Source: Deltaproteobacteria bacterium (GTDB taxonomy: Bacteria > Desulfobacterota > Binatia > HRBIN30 > JACQVA1). From it: 64,000 nt of DNA. The translations under genes and the position numbers were made by a program. Position 1 is the stretch's first letter, and every line of letters begins with the position of its first letter. The DNA is taken from assembly GCA_016178705.1 (NCBI GenBank), contig JACOST010000028.1, positions 516,951 through 580,950 on the forward strand, read 5' to 3'. Positions 57,250 through 64,000 of the stretch are shown one piece after another. Under the pieces are notes generated by a model, which was not told the DNA's origin, did no database searches, and was given only the letters and a program-made list of their open reading frames with translations.

Positions 57250-58509
57250 ATGCGGGCGCAAGTGGCGGCGTGGCTCACCAGTGCAGCCGGGCGGCGATGG
57301 ATTCTGCGCGCACTGTTGGCGTATGCGGTGATCGGCTGCGTTGTGTGGATCCAGCGGCCGGGCGACTTCGCTGGCTACGTTGTGGTCGGCGACTTGGTGC
57401 GGAGCGGCGCTCACATTTACCGTGACGCGCCGCCGGGGCTGAACACGTGGCCGCCGTTCTTCAGTCTGTTGTGCGTGCCGCTCGCCGTGTTGGCGACACC
57501 GACCCCGTATCTGGCGCGAGGCGTTTGGCTCCTCCTCAACATCGGGTTGTTGCTGCTCGTGCTGCATCTCATTTGCCGGCTGGTCTATGGCCGCGCGCTC
57601 AGCCTGCGCGCCAGCGAGTCCACCGGGACCTCGTTGGCGGCGCCGGAGATGCTGATGCCATTGCTTATCACTGATCGCTACGTGAGTGGTAACTTCGATC
57701 ACCTGCAGGTCAACATCGTGATCTTCGCGCTCGCGTTGGGCGGCCTGTACTGGCAACGGCGTGGTCGTTGGCTGCTCGGCAGCGCCGCGCTTGGGTGCGC
57801 CGCGGCGATGAAGGTCATGCCGGTGGTGTTCATTCCCTACCTCGCCTACCGGCGTCGCTGGCGTGAGGCGATCGCCACCGCAGTCGCGACGGCGTTGCTG
57901 TCGCTTAGTCCGATGTTGCTGTTCGGTTGGAATCGCTTCTGGGACTACGTGGCAGCGTGGCGCGCGGCGGTTGCGGTCGGCTGGGGCGTCGGCAAGATGA
58001 ATCAATCGGTGTTTGCGATGTGGGATCGATTGCTCGGTCACGGCATGTGGCCGTTCACGGTCGACGGCATGAACGATGTGCCCGAGTCGGGCGCGGCGAT
58101 AGTGACAATCGTTTCAGCGCTGACTCTGGTGGCGATCACACTCGCGGCCTTGTGGTGTTTTCGCGCAGAGCACGATGACGAGTGGCGCACCGTTGCAGAA
58201 TGGAGCGTCGTGTTCATCGTCTCCGCCTTGTTCGGTCCGCTAACTTGGAAGGCGTACCTGGTGGTGTTGCTGTTGCCGCATACGCTGCTGTTCGCCGCGT
58301 GGCGCGTGCCGGATGCCGATCCGCACATACAGCGACGGGTGGGCTGGATTCTCGCATTGTCGGTCGCGCTCGGCGCGCTTCCGTCGCCCGGGCTGGTAGG
58401 CAAGAGCGTGGCAGGAATGCTGGAGATGTCGTCGGCAGTGACCGTGTCGGTGCTGGTGCTCCTGAGCGGAGTGCTGTGGCTCATCAGTCGGCGGTCCCGT
58501 TTCCTGTAG
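57250..58509 (+). CDS. DUF2029 / GT87-like polytopic membrane glycosyltransferase
   Basis: About 420 aa with 10 or more TM helices. Conserved DUF2029-like hydrophilic loops. Confidence 0.6.
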   Translation: MRAQVAAWLTSAAGRRWILRALLAYAVIGCVVWIQRPGDFAGYVVVGDLVRSGAHIYRDAPPGLNTWPPFFSLLCVPLAVLATPTPYLARGVWLLLNIGLLLLVLHLICRLVYGRALSLRASESTGTSLAAPEMLMPLLITDRYVSGNFDHLQVNIVIFALALGGLYWQRRGRWLLGSAALGCAAAMKVMPVVFIPYLAYRRRWREAIATAVATALLSLSPMLLFGWNRFWDYVAAWRAAVAVGWGVGKMNQSVFAMWDRLLGHGMWPFTVDGMNDVPESGAAIVTIVSALTLVAITLAALWCFRAEHDDEWRTVAEWSVVFIVSALFGPLTWKAYLVVLLLPHTLLFAAWRVPDADPHIQRRVGWILALSVALGALPSPGLVGKSVAGMLEMSSAVTVSVLVLLSGVLWLISRRSRFL

Positions 58510-58590
58510 GGGCGACGCATGCGTCGCCCGCAGCGAAGTGATGCACCCACTGCGGAGAAGACGGAGGGCGATGCATGCATCGCCCCTACG
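58507..58590. terminator. bidirectional palindromic terminator region with nested palindromes
   Basis: taggggcgacgcatgcgtcgccc ... agggcgatgcatgcatcgcccctac. Outer arms GTAGGGGCGA/TCGCCCCTAC pair. Two inner perfect palindromes centred on GCATGC and ATGCAT. Lies between convergent genes. Confidence 0.5.
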
Positions 58591-58640
58591 CTTCAGAGAA
58601 GGCCGCATGTCACTGACATTTGCGAGGCAGGACGCTAGGA

Positions 58641-59534
58641 CTAGCGCGGAGCGATCGCGCCGGCTGCCGGCCGCAGCCGCTTTACGCCGGCGTCGAGGTC
58701 GACGCGCTCGTCACCCCAGACCACCAGCACATCGTACGGATCGCGACCGCGGAAGGCGGGTGCACGCATCCTGTGCCACAGCTTCTCAAGTTCCTTCCGA
58801 ACGCGGCGCAGACGCAGGCGCCACCCCCACTTCGACTCGAGCAGCGTCTTGTTCGGGTTCTTCACGCGCTTCCATGCTGTGCCGGCTAGTGCGCGTTGGG
58901 TCACTTGGCTGAAGTGATGGATCAACGCTGCGCCGGTGATTGCCGTGCGCAAACGCGCGCGGCGTAGCCGGATGTCAAAGTCGTCGTCCTCGAAACCACC
59001 GCCGACGAAGCGTTCGTCGAACAGCCCGACTTGGTCGTAGACCGCGCGCGGCACGAGGAAACATTCGCCGCGCCAACCCGGCCGCCAACGATCCCCGAAT
59101 CGGTGACGGTATTGGGCTGCCATCGTGGCGAGTTCGTAGTCGGCCGAGCCGTTGATGACAGCCGGACTGACCACTGCGGCACCGGTGCGCTGTTGGAACT
59201 CCGCGAGCGCGCCCAGCCAACCCGCAGAGACAACGATATCGTTGTTCATGATGAGGATCAGCGGCGCCCGCGCAGCGCGGATGCCCTGGTTCCACGCGCG
59301 TGCACAGCCGAGGTTCTGTTCGTTGCGAATGACGCGGCAGCCGGCTGCGGCGCAGACCTCAGCGCTGCCATCGCGGCTACCGTTGTCGACAATGATGACT
59401 TCGTGCGGCAGGTCGGTGCACGCCCGGATGCTGGAGAGACACTCACGGGTGTAGTCGAGCTGATTGAGGACCGCGATCACGATGCTGACGCCGCCTGCGA
59501 GCGCCGGGTCGCGCTCGACATCCGTGGACTCCAT
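58641..59534 (-). CDS. family 2 glycosyltransferase
   Basis: GT-A fold (VSIVIAVLNQLDYTRECLSSI...IIVDNGS...D-x-D-like FEDDDFD). Confidence 0.8.
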   Translation of the reverse strand: MESTDVERDPALAGGVSIVIAVLNQLDYTRECLSSIRACTDLPHEVIIVDNGSRDGSAEVCAAAGCRVIRNEQNLGCARAWNQGIRAARAPLILIMNNDIVVSAGWLGALAEFQQRTGAAVVSPAVINGSADYELATMAAQYRHRFGDRWRPGWRGECFLVPRAVYDQVGLFDERFVGGGFEDDDFDIRLRRARLRTAITGAALIHHFSQVTQRALAGTAWKRVKNPNKTLLESKWGWRLRLRRVRKELEKLWHRMRAPAFRGRDPYDVLVVWGDERVDLDAGVKRLRPAAGAIAPR

Positions 59535-59543
59535 GGCTCGTGG

Positions 59544-60137
59544 TCAGCGGTCCGTCGCGCCCGGAGGGTCCTTGACGACTTCGAGCACCGCGCGCATCTC
59601 TTTTGCCCGGATGATGAAAGCGAGATACTCTTCCCAGAACTTGCGGACGAAGCGGAACCCGCGGTGGCGATTCTCGAGGTTCAGCAGGATTTGCAAGCCG
59701 AGGCGGCGCCACACCCTTGGCATCGACACGGTCAGCGACACGCACCGATAGCGTGCATGGGTGTAATGAGCGGAGAAGTGTCCTTCGGTAAAGTACATGA
59801 ACGTGCGCGTGCTCAAGTGCCAGCGGTGGGTCGGATCAGTCCATGAGGCAATCCAGGAGAAGTGTGGCGTTGCGATGCAGACCAAAGCGCCCGGGCGTGC
59901 CACGCGATGGATCTCACCCATGAAGTCCGGTAGCGACTGGACGTGCTCGATGATGTGGGAGGCGTTCACCTCGTCGAAGGTATCATCGCGAAATGGCAGC
60001 GGCGGCCGATCCGCGTCGGCGACGACGTCCACGCCGGCAACCGGGAAGAGGTCGACGCCGATTGCGCCAGCGCGCTTGCTCCGGCCACAGCCCACATCCA
60101 ACGTATGCCGCCTGGGTCGCATGGTGTCATGGGTCAC
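59544..60137 (-). CDS. class I SAM-dependent methyltransferase (Methyltransf_11-like)
   Basis: LDVGCGRS motif I and acidic post-I residue. 9-nt gap to the downstream GT2 gene. Confidence 0.7.
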   Translation of the reverse strand: MTHDTMRPRRHTLDVGCGRSKRAGAIGVDLFPVAGVDVVADADRPPLPFRDDTFDEVNASHIIEHVQSLPDFMGEIHRVARPGALVCIATPHFSWIASWTDPTHRWHLSTRTFMYFTEGHFSAHYTHARYRCVSLTVSMPRVWRRLGLQILLNLENRHRGFRFVRKFWEEYLAFIIRAKEMRAVLEVVKDPPGATDR

Positions 60138-60191
60138 GGGCGTTCATAGCGTGGGGTTCGGCAGCGCCGCAAGCTTGATGCGAACAACAAC

Positions 60192-61226
60192 ATGAAGGTC
60201 TCCGCCGACCGCATCTTGTTTGTGCTCCACGGCGCCATCGGTGACGTGGTGCGCGCACTGCCGTTGCTGAATCGCGTGCGCGCCGCCTATCCGCAGGCAT
60301 CCATCGCCTGGGCGGTCGAGCCGATCGCCGCGCCCTTGCTCGAAGGCCACCCGGCGATCGACCAGCGCATTGTCTTCGACCGGGCACGCGGGGCGCGCGC
60401 GTTTGCACCCTTTCTGCGTCAGGTGCGCGCATTCGGTGCCGATCTGACGCTCGATCTCCAGCGCCATCTCAAGAGCGGCGTGGTCAGCTTCGCGTCGCGT
60501 GCGCCGGTGCGGCTCGGCTTTGATCGCTCCAACAGCAACGAAGCGAACTGGTTGTTCAATACGCATCACCTGCCGCCGATGGAGCACTTCAGCTTGAAGT
60601 GGCGCCAGTATCTCGCGTTCGCCGATGTGTTGGAGTTGTCCGCGACCGCGATCACGTTCGGCCTTGCTCCGACGGACGAAGAGCGCGCCCATGTCGACGA
60701 GCTACTCGACGGCGCGTCGGGGCCGCTGGCGCCGATGTTCGTCGGCTCGACGTGGCCGAGCCGCTTCTGGTTTGCGGCCGCGAGTGCCGAAGTCGTGCGT
60801 CAGGTATCAGCGCGTGGGTTGCAGCCGGTGTTGGTGGGGGTGGCGAGTGAGGTGGCGTTCGCTGACGAGATCGCAGGTCTCGCGGGCGTGCCAGTAATCA
60901 ACTTGGCCGGCCGCACGCGCTTGCGCGACCTCGTTGCGCTGTTCGCACGCAGCAGCGTCGCGATCGGGCCGGACTCCGGCCCGATGCACATTGCCGCCGC
61001 GATGGGGTGCCCGGTCGTTTCGCTGTGGGGAGCCACCAGCCCGAAGCGGTCGGCGCCGTACGGATCAGAGCACCTGATTGTTCAGGGTGAGGCGAAGTGC
61101 GTGCCGTGCTACCGGAAGACGTGTCCGATTGGCCGAGTGTGCATGCAGTCGATCACACCCGCGGCGGTGTTGGCGCAAATCGACGCCGGGCTGGCAGAGC
61201 GGACTCACGACGGAAGCAAGATATAG
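60192..61226 (+). CDS. GT9 heptosyltransferase (WaaC/RfaC-like)
   Basis: GT9 N- and C-terminal motifs (ILFVLHGAIGDVVRALPLL...IGPDSGPMHIAAAMG). Confidence 0.8.
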   Translation: MKVSADRILFVLHGAIGDVVRALPLLNRVRAAYPQASIAWAVEPIAAPLLEGHPAIDQRIVFDRARGARAFAPFLRQVRAFGADLTLDLQRHLKSGVVSFASRAPVRLGFDRSNSNEANWLFNTHHLPPMEHFSLKWRQYLAFADVLELSATAITFGLAPTDEERAHVDELLDGASGPLAPMFVGSTWPSRFWFAAASAEVVRQVSARGLQPVLVGVASEVAFADEIAGLAGVPVINLAGRTRLRDLVALFARSSVAIGPDSGPMHIAAAMGCPVVSLWGATSPKRSAPYGSEHLIVQGEAKCVPCYRKTCPIGRVCMQSITPAAVLAQIDAGLAERTHDGSKI

Positions 61227-62089
61227 TTCCGGTGTTCACCGACCTTGAAGCCGAGGATGCGTTGCTCGACGAAGCTGAGCGCGCGCTCCGATAGCCGGTC
61301 GTGTCGTTGCGTCGACTCGGGGCTGGCGTGCACCGTCCAGTTCTTCTCTTCGATCCGCGCCTGCATCACCGCCGGATGCGTACCGCTGAAGCGTGTGCGC
61401 CCTTTGAGTAGGCCGAAGTCGAAACTGGCATTGGCGTCGGGGAACTTCTGCTGTGCGGTCTCGGCGCCCTCGTGAATCGTGACGAAGGCGATGCGCTTAC
61501 GCGTCATGTTGCGCGGCGGGCGCACCCAACCGTAGTGGTAGATGGCGGCGTCGGCGTGCGCGACGTGCAACTTGCGCCCATCGGCGAAGCGGAAACCCTG
61601 CGCACTCTTCCATGAGCGCGCCCCGATTCGGTTGCGAACGATGCGCACCTCGCGCCGGTACCAGGTGTGCGAGGTGTGGTAGTGCTCGTAGTCGGCGAAG
61701 AAGTGGACGTAGTCGAACAGCAATCCCTCGATGCGATCATCGGCGAGATAGGTCTCCATGCGCGCGTGCAGAGCGGGCAGGTAGCGCTCGTGCACGACCT
61801 CATCGGCCTGGACATAGAAACACCAGTCGCCCGTGCAAGCGTCGAGCGCGATGTTGGTTTGCTGCGCGTTGATCGCGCCGCGCTTGAAGAGGTTGCGGTC
61901 CCATACGGTCTCGATGATTTTGACTTTGGGATCGTCGATCGAGCGCAAAAGTTCGGTGGTGCCGTCGGTCGAATCGCCCGCGGCAATGACGAACTCGTCG
62001 CAAATGGGCAGGATCGAGCGGATCGATTCCACCACCGGGTAGTACAACTCGATGGCGTTGCGTACGAACGAGAAGCCGCTGATCCGCAT
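61205..62089 (-). CDS. glycosyltransferase (GT-A-like; family uncertain)
   Basis: 294 aa. Acidic DxD-like motif (YVQADEV). 22-nt convergent overlap with the upstream GT9. Confidence 0.55.
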   Translation of the reverse strand: MRISGFSFVRNAIELYYPVVESIRSILPICDEFVIAAGDSTDGTTELLRSIDDPKVKIIETVWDRNLFKRGAINAQQTNIALDACTGDWCFYVQADEVVHERYLPALHARMETYLADDRIEGLLFDYVHFFADYEHYHTSHTWYRREVRIVRNRIGARSWKSAQGFRFADGRKLHVAHADAAIYHYGWVRPPRNMTRKRIAFVTIHEGAETAQQKFPDANASFDFGLLKGRTRFSGTHPAVMQARIEEKNWTVHASPESTQRHDRLSERALSFVEQRILGFKVGEHRNYILLPS

Positions 62090-62203
62090 GGGTGACGGCG
62101 GCTGTACCGCAGGCGCTGGAACGGGTCAATGCGAACTGAATCGGCGTTCGGAATCTCGCGAGCACTTGCGCTGAGCCGTACCGGTGTGATTTCTGACCTC
62201 ACG

Positions 62204-63310
62204 ATGCTGTCGATCTTGCACGTTGACCCCGAGCGCCGCTGGGGCGGAGGCCAAGTTCATCTGGTGGAACTGTGCCGTCGCATTCAAGAGCTGGGCGCCA
62301 AGCAGATGGTGGCGTGCCATCCCGGTGGGCCGCTTGAGCGCGCGTTGGAGGCGGAGGGCTTCGCGACGGTTCCGGTGGCGGTTCGCAACGCGCTCGATGT
62401 GCGCGCGGTCGTGCGTCTGCGACAGGTGCTTCGCGTCGTGGCGCCCAACATAGTCCACTTCCACACCGCGCACGCGCACGCGATGAGCTTGTGGCTGCCG
62501 CGCGCACACCGGTCGTTTGTGGTCACCCGCCATATGGACTACCCGCCCCGCAACGCGTTCTTGTTCAACTCGGCCGTCGACGGGGTGATTGCGATCTGCG
62601 AAGCCGTCCGCGGGTCGTTGCTCGGCGTGGGCGTTGAGCCACTGCGGGTGAGGGTGATCTACCTTGGCATCGATGCGACGCCGTTTCCGGCATCCGCAGA
62701 CGAGCGTCGGGAACAACGGCGAGTCTGGGGGGTTGCGGACGACGAGGTGGTGGCAGTTACCGCGGCGGTGCTCGAAACACGCAAAGGCCATCGGTTTCTA
62801 ATCGACGCGATAGCGGAGTTGCACAAGCGCAGCGGACCGCGAGCGCGTTTTGTCTTTTGCGGCGACGGCTCGCAGCGGGCGGCGCTCGCCGCGCAAGTCC
62901 GCGCGGCGGGGCTGGAGGAGCACATCCTCATGCCTGGCTTTAGTGCGCAAATGGCGCAGGTGTTGGCCGCAGCTGACCTGTTCGTGCTGCCGTCGCTGGC
63001 GGAAGGGTTGCCAATGGCGATCATGGAAGCGATGGCCTCGCGGTTGCCGGTCGTTGCGACCCGCGTGTCGGGCACGCCGGAGATCGTTGCCCACGGCGTC
63101 ACCGGGCTGCTGGTACCGCCGGCCGATCCCCGCGCGCTGGCGACCGCGTTAGCGAACCTGCTTGGTAACGCCGCGCGCCGCGCGCAACTGGGCCAGCGCG
63201 GGCGTGAGCGCGTCGAGCAGCAGTTCACCAGCGCTCGTATGGCGCGTGAGTTCGTTAGCTACTACGAAAGTCTGCGCCTTCATCCGTCAGTACAGCGGGC
63301 GGCCCCATGA
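62204..63310 (+). CDS. GT4 (group 1) glycosyltransferase
   Basis: GT-B fold. C-terminal EX7E-like region (PSLAEGLPMAIMEAMASRLPVVATRVSGTPEIV). Confidence 0.8.
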   Translation: MLSILHVDPERRWGGGQVHLVELCRRIQELGAKQMVACHPGGPLERALEAEGFATVPVAVRNALDVRAVVRLRQVLRVVAPNIVHFHTAHAHAMSLWLPRAHRSFVVTRHMDYPPRNAFLFNSAVDGVIAICEAVRGSLLGVGVEPLRVRVIYLGIDATPFPASADERREQRRVWGVADDEVVAVTAAVLETRKGHRFLIDAIAELHKRSGPRARFVFCGDGSQRAALAAQVRAAGLEEHILMPGFSAQMAQVLAAADLFVLPSLAEGLPMAIMEAMASRLPVVATRVSGTPEIVAHGVTGLLVPPADPRALATALANLLGNAARRAQLGQRGRERVEQQFTSARMAREFVSYYESLRLHPSVQRAAP

Positions 63311-64000
63311 CGCGGGCGGCGGCCATGCGGCTACTGCGCCGCTTTCACAGCGTGCGGGTGTTGGTCATCGGAGACGTCATCCTCGACCAATTCATCCGTG
63401 GCCGTGTGGATCGCATCTCGCCCGAAGCGCCAGTACCCGTGGTGCGCGTGACGGAAGAGGACTTCCGCCTGGGTGGCGCCGCCAATGTCGTCCACAACCT
63501 GCGCGCGCTGGAGGGGCGCGCTACCACGTGTGGCGTCGTGGGTAGCGATGCGGCCGGGAGACGGTTGGTTGGACTGTTGCGTCGTATCGGAGCGAGCACG
63601 GCCGGCGTGGTTGCGAGTCGAACGGTTGAAACCACGCGCAAGACGCGCATCGTGGCGCACCAGCAACAGGTCGTGCGACTCGATCGTGATCCACCGCCGC
63701 AACGCACCGCCGCGCTCGGGGCACGCGTGCAGCACTACCTCGCGCGCCACCTGCGCGAATTCGATGTGGTGATCGTGTCGGACTATGGCAAAGGCGTCGT
63801 CTCGCCCGCGGTGCTTGAGATGCTGGCCGCCGCGCGCGCGACAGGGCGCGTGCGCGTGATCATCGATCCGAAAAAACAGAACTTCGCGCATTACCGCGGC
63901 GCGAGCCTGGTGACGCCCAATGCAGCCGAAGCGAGCGACGCCGCCGGTGTAGAGATTCACGACGAGGCGACCCTGCGTGAAGCCGGGGCGGTGCTGCTCA
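63307..64000 (+). CDS. rfaE: D-glycero-beta-D-manno-heptose-7-phosphate kinase (RfaE/HldE domain I, PfkB ribokinase family), 3'-truncated by window end
   Basis: ATGA overlap with the GT4 stop. MTRAAAMRLLRRFHSVRVLVIGDVILDQFIRGRVDRISPEAPVPVV...GGAANV is the canonical RfaE kinase N-terminus. Not in ORF track because no stop lies in the window. Confidence 0.75.
   Translation, partial: MTRAAAMRLLRRFHSVRVLVIGDVILDQFIRGRVDRISPEAPVPVVRVTEEDFRLGGAANVVHNLRALEGRATTCGVVGSDAAGRRLVGLLRRIGASTAGVVASRTVETTRKTRIVAHQQQVVRLDRDPPPQRTAALGARVQHYLARHLREFDVVIVSDYGKGVVSPAVLEMLAAARATGRVRVIIDPKKQNFAHYRGASLVTPNAAEASDAAGVEIHDEATLREAGAVLL

Noticed and set aside
57040-58041. 333-aa minus-strand ORF antisense to kdkA and the GT87-like gene
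   Set aside because: Extremely Arg/His/Gln-rich low-complexity translation. The plus-strand genes have kinase and TM signatures.

Overview
High-GC (~65-70%) bacterial chromosomal window, gene-dense on both strands. Overlapping stop/start codons (ATGA, GTGA) are common, which suggests translational coupling in operons.

Three broad parts:

(1) 1-32.8 kb: central and CoA-ester metabolism.
- NDP-forming acyl-CoA synthetase, two PPOX-like flavoproteins, a c-type cytochrome, a TauE exporter, and a giant membrane/spermidine-synthase-like/TPR fusion protein.
- A seven-gene minus-strand CoA beta-oxidation-like operon, 8979-14303. It contains two paralogous ~40-47 aa desulforedoxin-like Cys4 ORFs that are below the 60-aa cutoff of the ORF track. 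This operon is the most interesting candidate for an undescribed system.
- icd, metF, a PAS/GAF histidine kinase, a crotonyl-CoA carboxylase/reductase, an MDR dehydrogenase, a TPP enzyme, a family III CoA-transferase, a GST and a third crotonase.
- Inside this block sits an IS200-like REP-associated tyrosine transposase (RAYT) flanked by four palindromic REP copies.

(2) 32.8-40.9 kb: an accessory, lower-GC stretch.
- It lies between tRNA-Gly(GCC) on the minus strand and tRNA-Cys(GCA)/tRNA-Leu(TAA) on the plus strand, and continues past them.
- It carries PKD-domain lipoproteins, a DUF4236-like protein paired with a small membrane protein, a methyltransferase, a LysM L,D-transpeptidase and a coiled-coil protein.

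(3) 41-64 kb: a long co-directional outer-membrane/LPS block.
- lolCE-lolD, bamA, skp, fabZ, lpxA, lpxI, oxidoreductase, lpxB, msbA, DUF374, kdtA, lpxK, trm112-like.
- Then LPS core genes: two GT9 heptosyltransferases, a Kdo kinase, GT87, GT2, GT4, two methyltransferases and an rfaE-type heptose kinase.

Non-coding structure worth noting:
- two intergenic inverted heptamer arrays,
- a telomere-like G-quadruplex motif,
- REP palindromes,
- several palindromic terminators.

No CRISPR array or rRNA was seen. All functional calls are from motif-level reading of the translations, not database searches.
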